Assembly (NCBI RefSeq): GCF_009914755.1
Contig: NC_060948.1
Strand: one strand, 5' to 3'
Source of the DNA: the human T2T-CHM13v2.0 reference genome, Homo sapiens
Length of the DNA stretch: 64,000 nt
The position numbers were made by a program, and so were the translations under genes. The notes under the pieces are model-generated. The model was not told the DNA's origin, did no database searches, and saw nothing but the letters and a program-made list of their open reading frames with translations. Positions 1 through 20,249 of this stretch are shown piece by piece (within the stretch, counting starts at the first letter, position 1; every line of letters begins with the position of its first letter).

Positions 1-574
1 ACATAATATATATTACATATCACCCAACATAACTAACATACATAATATTATAATATAGATTATATTGTGTTATATTAAATATCATATATATCATGTATCA
101 TATATTCTATAATATATATTACACATTATATAATATGTATGTTGTCTATTATGTGATATATATAACTATATATATAATTATATTTTTATACATATAACTA
201 GATAAACATGTAATTCTACATATTTTCATTTATAATATGTAGAAGTATATAATCATATATAATTATTTATATTCTATAAAAAATTATATCATTATATAAA
301 TTATAATATATAAAAATTATAATATGTACTACAAATATATATATTATATATCATATATGATATAGTACCTTTGTTATATATCATAATACATATAAATGTG
401 TATTATGTTATGTATAATTATATAATTTCATATATAAGATGTATAATATTTATAATATATTATAAATGTTATGTAATATATATAGTATATATAAGATGAC
501 ACAGGATAAATATTATATACTATGACATATAAAATATATGAGGTTATATGTTACATATAAGGCATAGCACATAA

Positions 575-889
<315 letters not shown>

Positions 890-1463
890 AGATCCATATT
901 TTTTAAATGAAAAAAAATTTCAAAGGTACTCTGCTTGGTACAATAATCAAATGTATAAACTGAGGAATAAAACATAAACATGAAACCTACTTATAACTGC
1001 ATATGGAAAATACAGAGGATAATTTTTTAAATAACATATTTTGAAAGCCTTAACTAGTAATTTGAAGAGTTGGCATTTGAAAGGCCAGTATGAATATACC
1101 TTCAAAGCAGCAACACAGGTTCCCCATGAGAAAAAGCAAACTCAGGGAAAATAAAACCACAAAGGTTCAATCTCTTCTGACCTTTGAAAGACACAGCACA
1201 GACAGTGGTCCTTAGGACGAAGAGCAGGAGACCCCTAATTCCGTCACCATGGCGATAGGGCATAAACACTGCTGGGTGAGGGCACAATCCACATTGTGAG
1301 GTCCAACTGCTGCCAGGAAGACAGGAGTGCTTTTACATAGACCGAAAGGTCATTGAAGGCTCAGAGTTTTGTTTCAAGAACTGAATCCCAAGCCCACACG
1401 TTATTAGGCTGCGCTTCTTAAAACAAGTTATGAGATGGGAAAAAGGGCACTAACAAACATACG
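890..1463. repeat. HSATI-type segment of the DYZ2 unit (representative copy; present at the same offset in every unit)
   Basis: Mixed-composition sequence between the Alu 5' end and the AT-rich domain, where HSATI lies in the DYZ2 composite. Boundaries are approximate. Confidence 0.75.
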
Positions 1464-3309
<1,846 letters not shown>

Positions 3310-5414
3310 AGATCCATATTTTTTAAATGAAAAAAAATTTCAAAGGTACTCTGCTTGGTACAATAATCAAATGTATAAACTGAGGAATAAAACATAACCA
3401 TGAAACCTACTTATAACTGCATATGGAAAATACAGAGGATAATTTTTTAAATAATATATTTTGAAAGCCTTAACTAGTAATTTGAAGAGTTGGCATTTGA
3501 AAGGCCAGTATGAATATACCTTCAAAGCAGCAACACAGGTTCCCCATGAGAAAAAGCAAACTCAGGGAAAATAAAACCACAAAGGTTCAATCTCTTCTGA
3601 CCTTTGAAAGACACAGCACAGACAGTGGTCCTTAGGACGAAGAGCAGGAGACCCCTAATTCCGTCACCATGGCGATAGGGCATAAACACTGCTGGGTGAG
3701 GGCACAATCCACATTGTGAGGTCCAACTGCTGCCAGGAAGACAGGAGTGCTTTTACATAGACCGAAAGGTCATTGAAGGCTCAGAGTTTTGTTTCAAGAA
3801 CTGAATCCCAAGCCCACACGTTATTAGGCTGCGCTTCTTAAAACAAGTTATGAGATGGGAAAAAGGGCACCCACAAACATACGTATACATTATGTATATA
3901 ATAATATACAGTATCATATATATAATATATATAACCTATGTATAATATTGTTTTACATCCTGCATCTTATATTATATATATTGTGTAAAATATAATAATT
4001 GATAATATATAAGTTTTATATTTATACAATATGACATATAGTATATATTATAATTTATGACATATATAATATATGTTATATATCATATATAGAATATATT
4101 ATACGGTTAATATACGTATTAAATATAAATTATACATTATATATATTATATATAATATATCTGCTATATATAATACCCATTATGCATAATATATATATTA
4201 TGTCTATGTTATGTATAGTATAAAACAACATATAATAATATATAATTGTATATATAAAATGCGACATATAATATATATTATATTTTATGACATCTGTAAT
4301 ATATATTATATATTATATATAATACGTTGTATGTATAATACCTATATTAAATATATATTATATGACTATGTTATTAATTACATGTCACATATGTTATATA
4401 TTATATATTTTACATAGAATATACCGGTTACATACAATGTATACTATGTTACCTATAATGTATAATTTATTACATGTAAAATAAAGAATGCAATATATTA
4501 TGTGTAATTTATAATATACAATATGTGGAATGTGATATATATAACATATAATATATGATATATGATATACAGTATACGATATATAACATACAATATATGA
4601 TACCTAATATATATGGTATACAATATATATTTTATGATACGTATTCTATATGTTTTATATTCTGTTATATATAACTATTTGAAATTATATATAACTGTAT
4701 AATATTTTATGTAAATATGTAATATAATATATATAACTATATAATATATTATATATAACTATATATTATGTTATATATACTTTCATAACTTTATTTACAT
4801 AAAATATCATAGTATAATATATATTATATTACTTCATATTACATAATATATATTACATATCACCCAATATAAGTAACATACATAATATTATAATATAGAC
4901 TATATTATGTTATATTAAATATCATATATATCATGTATCATATATTCTATAATATGTATTATACATTATATAATATGCATGTTGTCTATTATGTGATATA
5001 TATAACTATATATATAATTATATGATTATACATATATCTAGATAAACATGTAATTCTACATATTTTCATTTATAATATATAGAATTACATAATCATATAT
5101 AATTATTTATATTCTATAAAAAATTATATCATTATATAAATTATAATATATAAAAATTATAATATGTACTACAAATATATATATTATATATCATATATGA
5201 TATAGTACCTTTGTTATATATCATAATACATATAAATGTGTATTATGTTATCTATAATTATATAATTTCATATATAAGATGTATAATATTTATTATATAT
5301 TATATATGTTATGAAATATATATAGTATATATAAGATGACACAGGATAAATATTATATACTATGACATATAAGATATATGAGGTTATATGTTACATATAA
5401 GGCATAGCACATAA

Positions 5415-5729
<315 letters not shown>

Positions 5730-7834
5730 AGATCCATATTTTTTAAATGAAAAAAAATTTCAAAGGTACTCTGCTTGGTACAATAATCAAATGTATAAAC
5801 TGAGGAATAAAACATAACCATGAAACCTACTTATAACTGCATATGGAAAATACAGAGGATAATTTTTTAAATAATATATTTTGAAAGCCTTAACTAGTAA
5901 TTTGAAGAGTTGGCATTTGAAAGGCCAGTATGAATATACCTTCAAAGCAGCAACACAGGTTCCCCATGAGAAAAAGCAAACTCAGGGAAAATAAAACCAC
6001 AAAGGTTCAATCTCTTCTGACCTTTGAAAGACACAGCACAGACAGTGGTCCTTAGGACGAAGAGCAGGAGACCCCTAATTCCGTCACCATGGCGATAGGG
6101 CATAAACACTGCTGGGTGAGGGCACAATCCACATTGTGAGGTCCAACTGCTGCCAGGAAGACAGGAGTGCTTTTACATAGACCGAAAGGTCATTGAAGGC
6201 TCAGAGTTTTGTTTCAAGAACTGAATCCCAAGCCCACACGTTATTAGGCTGCGCTTCTTAAAACAAGTTATGAGATGGGAAAAAGGGCACCCACAAACAT
6301 ACGTATACATTATGTATATAATAATATACAGTATCATATATATAATATATATAACCTATGTATAATATTGTTTTACATCCTGCATCTTATATTATATATA
6401 TTGTATAAAATATAATAATTGATAATATATAAGTTTTATATTTATACAATATGACATATAGTATATATTATAATTTATGACATATATAATATATGTTATA
6501 TATCATATATTGAATATATTATACGGTTAATATACGTATTAAATATAAATTATACATTATATGTATTATATATAATATATCTGCTATATATAATACCCAT
6601 TATGCATAATATATATATTATGTCTATGTTATATATAGTATAAAACAACATATAATAATATATAATTGTATATATAAAATGTGACATATAATATATATTA
6701 TATTTTATGACATAGGTAATATATATTATATATTATATATAATACGTTGTATGTATAATAGCTATATTAAATATATATTATATGACTATGTTATTAATTA
6801 CATGTCACATATGTTATATATTATATATTATACATAGAATATACCGGTTATATACAATATATACTATGTTACCTATAATGTATAATTTATTACATGTAAA
6901 ATAAAGAATGCAATATATTATGTGTAATTTATAATATACAATATGTGGAATGTGATATATATAACATATAATATATGATATATGATATACAGTATATGAT
7001 ATATAACATACAATATATGATACCTAATATATATGGTATACAATATATATTTTATGATATGTATTCTATATGTTTTATATTCTGTTATATATAACTGTTT
7101 GAAATTATATATAACTGTATAATATTTTATGTAAATATGTAATATAATATATATAACTATATAATATATTATATATAACTATATATTATGTTATATATAC
7201 TTTTATAACTTTATTTACATAAAATATCATAGTATAATATATATTATATTACTTCATATTACATAATATATATTACATATCACCCAATATAAGTAACATA
7301 CATAATATTATAATATAGACTATATTATGTTATATTAAATATCATATATATCATGTATCATATATTCTATAATATGTATTATACATTATATAATATGCAT
7401 GTTGTCTATTATGTGATATATATAACTATATATATAATTATATTATTATACATATATCTAGATAAACATGTAATTCTACATATTTTCATTTATAATATAT
7501 AGAATTACATAATCATATATAATTATTTATATTCTATAAAAAATTATATCATTATATAAATTATAATATATAAAAATTATAATATGTACTACAAATATAT
7601 ATATTATATATCATATATGATATAGTACCTTTGTTATATATCATAATACATATAAATGTGTATTATGTTATCTATAATTATATAATTTCATATATAAGAT
7701 GTATAATATTTATTATATATTATATATGTTATGTAATATATATAGTATATATAAGATGACACAGGATAAATATTATATACTATGACATATAAGATATATG
7801 AGGTTATATGTTACATATAAGGCATAGCACATAA

Positions 7835-8149
<315 letters not shown>

Positions 8150-10254
8150 AGATCCATATTTTTTAAATGAAAAAAAATTTCAAAGGTACTCTGCTTGGTA
8201 CAATAATCAAATGTATAAACTGAGGAATAAAACATAAACATGAAACCTACTTATAACTGCATATGGAAAATACAGAGGATAATTTTTTAAATAATATATT
8301 TTGAAAGCCTTAACTAGTAATTTGAAGAGTTGGCATTTGAAAGGCCAGTATGAATATACCTTCAAAGCAGCAACACAGGTTCCCCATGAGAAAAAGCAAA
8401 CTCAGGGAAAATAAAACCACAAAGGTTCAATCTCTTCTGACCTTTGAAAGACACAGCACAGACAGTGGTCCTTAGGACGAAGAGCAGGAGACCCCTAATT
8501 CCGTCACCATGGCGATAGGGCATAAACACTGCTGGGTGAGGGCACAATCCACATTGTGAGGTCCAACTGCTGCCAGGAAGACAGGAGTGCTTTTACATAG
8601 ACCGAAAGGTCATTGAAGGCTCAGAGTTTTGTTTCAAGAACTGAATCCCAAGCCCACACGTTATTAGGCTGCGCTTCTTAAAACAAGTTATGAGATGGGA
8701 AAAAGGGCACCCACAAACATACGTATACATTATGTATATAATAATATACAGTATCATATATATAATATATATAACCTATGTATAATATTGTTTTACATCC
8801 TGCATCTTATATTATATATATTGTATAAAATATAATAATTGATAATATATAAGTTTTATATTTATACAATATGACATATAGTATATATTATAATTTATGA
8901 CATATATAATATATGTTATATATCATATATTGAATATATTATACGGTTAATATACGTATTAAATATAAATTATACATTATATGTATTATATATAATATAT
9001 CTGCTATATATAATACCCATTATGCATAATATATATATTATGTCTATGTTATATATAGTATAAAACAACATATAATAATATATAATTGTATATATAAAAT
9101 GTGACATATAATATATATTATATTTTATGACATAGGTAATATATATTATATATTATATATAATACGTTGTATGTATAATAGCTATATTAAATATATATTA
9201 TATGACTATGTTATTAATTACATGTCACATATGTTATATATTATATATTATACATAGAATATACAGGTTATATACAATATATACTATGTTACCTATAATG
9301 TATAATTTATTACATGTAAAATAAAGAATGCAATATATTATGTGTAATTTATAATATACAATATGTGGAATGTGATATATATAACATATAATATATGATA
9401 TATGATATACAGTATATGATATATAACATACAATATATGATACCTAATATATATGGTATACAATATATATTTTATGATATGTATTCTATATGTTTTATAT
9501 TCTGTTATATATAACTGTTTGAAATTATATATAACTGTATAATATTTTATGTAAATATGTAATATAATATATATAACTATATAATATATTATATATAACT
9601 ATATATTATGTTATATATACTTTTATAACTTTATTTACATAAAATATCATAGTATAATATATATTATATTACTTCATATTACATAATATATATTACATAT
9701 CACCCAATATAAGTAACATACATAATATTATAATATAGACTATATTATGTTATATTAAATATCATATATATCATGTATCATATATTCTATAATATGTATT
9801 ATACATTATATAATATGCATGTTGTCTATTATGTGATATATATAACTATATATATAATTATATTATTATACATATATCTAGATAAACATGTAATTCTACA
9901 TATTTTCATTTATAATATATAGAATTACATAATCATATATAATTATTTATATTCTATAAAAAATTATATCATTATATAAATTATAATATATAAAAATTAT
10001 AATATGTACTACAAATATATATATTATATATCATATATGATATAGTACCTTTGTTATATATCATAATACATATAAATGTGTATTATGTTATCTATAATTA
10101 TATAATTTCATATATAAGATGTATAATATTTATTATATATTATATATGTTATGTAATATATATAGTATATATAAGATGACACAGGATAAATATTATATAC
10201 TATGACATATAAGATATATGAGGTTATATGTTACATATAAGGCATAGCACATAA

Positions 10255-10569
<315 letters not shown>

Positions 10570-12674
10570 AGATCCATATTTTTTAAATGAAAAAAAATTT
10601 CAAAGGTACTCTGCTTGGTACAATAATCAAATGTATAAACTGAGGAATAAAACATAAACATGAAACCTACTTATAACTGCATATGGAAAATACAGAGGAT
10701 AATTTTTTAAATAATATATTTTGAAAGCCTTAACTAGTAATTTGAAGAGTTGGCATTTGAAAGGCCAGTATGAATATACCTTCAAAGCAGCAACACAGGT
10801 TCCCCATGAGAAAAAGCAAACTCAGGGAAAATAAAACCACAAAGGTTCAATCTCTTCTGACCTTTGAAAGACACAGCACAGACAGTGGTCCTTAGGACGA
10901 AGAGCAGGAGACCCCTAATTCCGTCACCATGGCGATAGGGCATAAACACTGCTGGGTGAGGGCACAATCCACATTGTGAGGTCCAACTGCTGCCAGGAAG
11001 ACAGGAGTGCTTTTACATAGACCGAAAGGTCATTGAAGGCTCAGAGTTTTGTTTCAAGAACTGAATCCCAAGCCCACACGTTATTAGGCTGCGCTTCTTA
11101 AAACAAGTTATGAGATGGGAAAAAGGGCACCCACAAACATACGTATACATTATGTATATAATAATATACAGTATCATATATATAATATATATAACCTATG
11201 TATAATATTGTTTTACATCCTGCATCTTATATTATATATATTGTATAAAATATAATAATTGATAATATATAAGTTTTATATTTATACAATATGACATATA
11301 GTATATATTATAATTTATGACATATATAATATATGTTATATATCATATATTGAATATATTATACGGTTAATATACGTATTAAATATAAATTATACATTAT
11401 ATGTATTATATATAATATATCTGCTATATATAATACCCATTATGCATAATATATATATTATGTCTATGTTATATATAGTATAAAACAACATATAATAATA
11501 TATAATTGTATATATAAAATGTGACATATAATATATATTATATTTTATGACATAGGTAATATATATTATATATTATATATAATACGTTGTATGTATAATA
11601 GCTATATTAAATATATATTATATGACTATGTTATTAATTACATGTCACATATGTTATATATTATATATTATACATAGAATATACCGGTTATATACAATAT
11701 ATACTATGTTACCTATAATGTATAATTTATTACATGTAAAATAAAGAATGCAATATATTATGTGTAATTTATAATATACAATATGTGGAATGTGATATAT
11801 ATAACATATAATATATGATATATGATATACAGTATATGATATATAACATACAATATATGATACCTAATATATATGGTATACAATATATATTTTATGATAT
11901 GTATTCTATATGTTTTATATTCTGTTATATATAACTGTTTGAAATTATATATAACTGTATAATATTTTATGTAAATATGTAATATAATATATATAACTAT
12001 ATAATATATTATATATAACTATATATTATGTTATATATACTTTTATAACTTTATTTACATAAAATATCATAGTATAATATATATTATATTACTTCATATT
12101 ACATAATATATATTACATATCACCCAATATAAGTAACATACATAATATTATAATATAGACTATATTATGTTATATTAAATATCATATATATCATGTATCA
12201 TATATTCTATAATATGTATTATACATTATATAATATGCATGTTGTCTATTATGTGATATATATAACTATATATATAATTATATTATTATACATATATCTA
12301 GATAAACATGTAATTCTACATATTTTCATTTATAATATATAGAATTACATAATCATATATAATTATTTATATTCTATAAAAAATTATATCATTATATAAA
12401 TTATAATATATAAAAATTATAATATGTACTACAAATATATATATTATATATCATATATGATATAGTACCTTTGTTATATATCATAATACATATAAATGTG
12501 TATTATGTTATCTATAATTATATAATTTCATATATAAGATGTATAATATTTATTATATATTATATATGTTATGTAATATATATAGTATATATAAGATGAC
12601 ACAGGATAAATATTATATACTATGACATATAAGATATATGAGGTTATATGTTACATATAAGGCATAGCACATAA

Positions 12675-12989
<315 letters not shown>

Positions 12990-15094
12990 AGATCCATATT
13001 TTTTAAATGAAAAAAAATTTCAAAGGTACTCTGCTTGGTACAATAATCAAATGTATAAACTGAGGAATAAAACATAAACATGAAACCTACTTATAACTGC
13101 ATATGGAAAATACAGAGGATAATTTTTTAAATAATATATTTTGAAAGCCTTAACTAGTAATTTGAAGAGTTGGCATTTGAAAGGCCAGTATGAATATACC
13201 TTCAAAGCAGCAACACAGGTTCCCCATGAGAAAAAGCAAACTCAGGGAAAATAAAACCACAAAGGTTCAATCTCTTCTGACCTTTGAAAGACACAGCACA
13301 GACAGTGGTCCTTAGGACGAAGAGCAGGAGACCCCTAATTCCGTCACCATGGCGATAGGGCATAAACACTGCTGGGTGAGGGCACAATCCACATTGTGAG
13401 GTCCAACTGCTGCCAGGAAGACAGGAGTGCTTTTACATAGACCGAAAGGTCATTGAAGGCTCAGAGTTTTGTTTCAAGAACTGAATCCCAAGCCCACACG
13501 TTATTAGGCTGCGCTTCTTAAAACAAGTTATGAGATGGGAAAAAGGGCACCCACAAACATACGTATACATTATGTATATAATAATATACAGTATCATATA
13601 TATAATATATATAACCTATGTATAATATTGTTTTACATCCTGCATCTTATATTATATATATTGTATAAAATATAATAATTGATAATATATAAGTTTTATA
13701 TTTATACAATATGACATATAGTATATATTATAATTTATGACATATATAATATATGTTATATATCATATATTGAATATATTATACGGTTAATATACGTATT
13801 AAATATAAATTATACATTATATGTATTATATATAATATATCTGCTATATATAATACCCATTATGCATAATATATATATTATGTCTATGTTATATATAGTA
13901 TAAAACAACATATAATAATATATAATTGTATATATAAAATGTGACATATAATATATATTATATTTTATGACATAGGTAATATATATTATATATTATATAT
14001 AATACGTTGTATGTATAATAGCTATATTAAATATATATTATATGACTATGTTATTAATTACATGTCACATATGTTATATATTATATATTATACATAGAAT
14101 ATACCGGTTATATACAATATATACTATGTTACCTATAATGTATAATTTATTACATGTAAAATAAAGAATGCAATATATTATGTGTAATTTATAATATACA
14201 ATATGTGGAATGTGATATATATAACATATAATATATGATATATGATATACAGTATATGATATATAACATACAATATATGATACCTAATATATATGGTATA
14301 CAATATATATTTTATGATATGTATTCTATATGTTTTATATTCTGTTATATATAACTGTTTGAAATTATATATAACTGTATAATATTTTATGTAAATATGT
14401 AATATAATATATATAACTATATAATATATTATATATAACTATATATTATGTTATATATACTTTTATAACTTTATTTACATAAAATATCATAGTATAATAT
14501 ATATTATATTACTTCATATTACATAATATATATTACATATCACCCAATATAAGTAACATACATAATATTATAATATAGACTATATTATGTTATATTAAAT
14601 ATCATATATATCATGTATCATATATTCTATAATATGTATTATACATTATATAATATGCATGTTGTCTATTATGTGATATATATAACTATATATATAATTA
14701 TATTATTATACATATATCTAGATAAACATGTAATTCTACATATTTTCATTTATAATATATAGAATTACATAATCATATATAATTATTTATATTCTATAAA
14801 AAATTATATCATTATATAAATTATAATATATAAAAATTATAATATGTACTACAAATATATATATTATATATCATATATGATATAGTACCTTTGTTATATA
14901 TCATAATACATATAAATGTGTATTATGTTATCTATAATTATATAATTTCATATATAAGATGTATAATATTTATTATATATTATATATGTTATGTAATATA
15001 TATAGTATATATAAGATGACACAGGATAAATATTATATACTATGACATATAAGATATATGAGGTTATATGTTACATATAAGGCATAGCACATAA

Positions 15095-15409
<315 letters not shown>

Positions 15410-17514
15410 AGATCCATATTTTTTAAATGAAAAAAAATTTCAAAGGTACTCTGCTTGGTACAATAATCAAATGTATAAACTGAGGAATAAAACATAAACA
15501 TGAAACCTACTTATAACTGCATATGGAAAATACAGAGGATAATTTTTTAAATAATATATTTTGAAAGCCTTAACTAGTAATTTGAAGAGTTGGCATTTGA
15601 AAGGCCAGTATGAATATACCTTCAAAGCAGCAACACAGGTTCCCCATGAGAAAAAGCAAACTCAGGGAAAATAAAACCACAAAGGTTCAATCTCTTCTGA
15701 CCTTTGAAAGACACAGCACAGACAGTGGTCCTTAGGACGAAGAGCAGGAGACCCCTAATTCCGTCACCATGGCGATAGGGCATAAACACTGCTGGGTGAG
15801 GGCACAATCCACATTGTGAGGTCCAACTGCTGCCAGGAAGACAGGAGTGCTTTTACATAGACCGAAAGATCATTGAAGGCTCAGAGTTTTGTTTCAAGAA
15901 CTGAATCCCAAGCCCACACGTTATTAGGCTGCGCTTCTTAAAACAAGTTATGAGATGGGAAAAAGGGCACCCACAAACATACGTATACATTATGTATATA
16001 ATAATATACAGTATCATATATATAATATATATAACCTATGTATAATATTGTTTTACATCCTGCATCTTATATTATATATATTGTATAAAATATAATAATT
16101 GATAATATATAAGTTTTATATTTATACAATATGACATATAGTATATATTATAATTTATGACATATATAATATATGTTATATATCATATATTGAATATATT
16201 ATACGGTTAATATACGTATTAAATATAAATTATACATTATATGTATTATATATAATATATCTGCTATATATAATACCCATTATGCATAATATATATATTA
16301 TGTCTATGTTATATATAGTATAAAACAACATATAATAATATATAATTGTATATATAAAATGTGACATATAATATATATTATATTTTATGACATAGGTAAT
16401 ATATATTATATATTATATATAATACGTTGTATGTATAATAGCTATATTAAATATATATTATATGACTATGTTATTAATTACATGTCACATATGTTATATA
16501 TTATATATTTTACATAGAATATACCGGTTATATACAATATATACTATGTTACCTATAATGTATAATTTATTACATGTAAAATAAAGAATGCAATATATTA
16601 TGTGTAATTTATAATATACAATATGTGGAATGTGATATATATAACATATAATATATGATATATGATATACAGTATATGATATATAACATACAATATATGA
16701 TACCTAATATATATGGTATACAATATATATTTTATGATATGTATTCTATATGTTTTATATTCTGTTATATATAACTGTTTGAAATTATATATAACTGTAT
16801 AATATTTTATGTAAATATGTAATATAATATATATAACTATATAATATATTATATATAACTATATATTATGTTATATATACTTTTATAACTTTATTTACAT
16901 AAAATATCATAGTATAATATATATTATATTACTTCATATTACATAATATATATTACATATCACCCAATATAAGTAACATACATAATATTATAATATAGAC
17001 TATATTATGTTATATTAAATATCATATATATCATGTATCATATATTCTATAATATGTATTATACATTATATAATATGCATGTTGTCTATTATGTGATATA
17101 TATAACTATATATATAATTATATTATTATACATATATCTAGATAAACATGTAATTCTACATATTTTCATTTATAATATATAGAATTACATAATCATATAT
17201 AATTATTTATATTCTATAAAAAATTATATCATTATATAAATTATAATATATAAAAATTATAATATGTACTACAAATATATATATTATATATCATATATGA
17301 TATAGTACCTTTGTTATATATCATAATACATATAAATGTGTATTATGTTATCTATAATTATATAATTTCATATATAAGATGTATAATATTTATTATATAT
17401 TATATATGTTATGTAATATATATAGTATATATAAGATGACACAGGATAAATATTATATACTATGACATATAAGATATATGAGGTTATATGTTACATATAA
17501 GGCATAGCACATAA

Positions 17515-17829
<315 letters not shown>

Positions 17830-19934
17830 AGATCCATATTTTTTAAATGAAAAAAAATTTCAAAGGTACTCTGCTTGGTACAATAATCAAATGTATAAAC
17901 TGAGGAATAAAACATAAACATGAAACCTACTTATAACTGCATATGGAAAATACAGAGGATAATTTTTTAAATAATATATTTTGAAAGCCTTAACTAGTAA
18001 TTTGAAGAGTTGGCATTTGAAAGGCCAGTATGAATATACCTTCAAAGCAGCAACACAGGTTCCCCATGAGAAAAAGCAAACTCAGGGAAAATAAAACCAC
18101 AAAGGTTCAATCTCTTCTGACCTTTGAAAGACACAGCACAGACAGTGGTCCTTAGGACGAAGAGCAGGAGACCCCTAATTCCGTCACCATGGCGATAGGG
18201 CATAAACACTGCTGGGTGAGGGCACAATCCACATTGTGAGGTCCAACTGCTGCCAGGAAGACAGGAGTGCTTTTACATAGACCGAAAGGTCATTGAAGGC
18301 TCAGAGTTTTGTTTCAAGAACTGAATCCCAAGCCCACACGTTATTAGGCTGCGCTTCTTAAAACAAGTTATGAGATGGGAAAAAGGGCACCCACAAACAT
18401 ACGTATACATTATGTATATAATAATATACAGTATCATATATATAATATATATAACCTATGTATAATATTGTTTTACATCCTGCATCTTATATTATATATA
18501 TTGTATAAAATATAATAATTGATAATATATAAGTTTTATATTTATACAATATGACATATAGTATATATTATAATTTATGACATATATAATATATGTTATA
18601 TATCATATATTGAATATATTATACGGTTAATATACGTATTAAATATAAATTATACATTATATGTATTATATATAATATATCTGCTATATATAATACCCAT
18701 TATGCATAATATATATATTATGTCTATGTTATATATAGTATAAAACAACATATAATAATATATAATTGTATATATAAAATGTGACATATAATATATATTA
18801 TATTTTATGACATAGGTAATATATATTATATATTATATATAATACGTTGTATGTATAATAGCTATATTAAATATATATTATATGACTATGTTATTAATTA
18901 CATGTCACATATGTTATATATTATATATTATACATAGAATATACCGGTTATATACAATATATACTATGTTACCTATAATGTATAATTTATTACATGTAAA
19001 ATAAAGAATGCAATATATTATGTGTAATTTATAATATACAATATGTGGAATGTGATATATATAACATATAATATATGATATATGATATACAGTATATGAT
19101 ATATAACATACAATATATGATACCTAATATATATGGTATACAATATATATTTTATGATATGTATTCTATATGTTTTATATTCTGTTATATATAACTGTTT
19201 GAAATTATATATAACTGTATAATATTTTATGTAAATATGTAATATAATATATATAACTATATAATATATTATATATAACTATATATTATGTTATATATAC
19301 TTTTATAACTTTATTTACATAAAATATCATAGTATAATATATATTATATTACTTCATATTACATAATATATATTACATATCACCCAATATAAGTAACATA
19401 CATAATATTATAATATAGACTATATTATGTTATATTAAATATCATATATATCATGTATCATATATTCTATAATATGTATTATACATTATATAATATGCAT
19501 GTTGTCTATTATGTGATATATATAACTATATATATAATTATATTATTATACATATATCTAGATAAACATGTAATTCTACATATTTTCATTTATAATATAT
19601 AGAATTACATAATCATATATAATTATTTATATTCTATAAAAAATTATATCATTATATAAATTATAATATATAAAAATTATAATATGTACTACAAATATAT
19701 ATATTATATATCATATATGATATAGTACCTTTGTTATATATCATAATACATATAAATGTGTATTATGTTATCTATAATTATATAATTTCATATATAAGAT
19801 GTATAATATTTATTATATATTATATATGTTATGTAATATATATAGTATATATAAGATGACACAGGATAAATATTATATACTATGACATATAAGATATATG
19901 AGGTTATATGTTACATATAAGGCATAGCACATAA

Positions 19935-20249
<315 letters not shown>

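Noticed and set aside
1102-1287. 61-aa minus-strand ORF (MCPHPAVF...) repeated in every unit
   Set aside because: It starts at TTG rather than ATG, is short, and has no recognisable domain or gene context. Its conservation just reflects near-identical satellite copies, and the A/B differences change amino acids freely.
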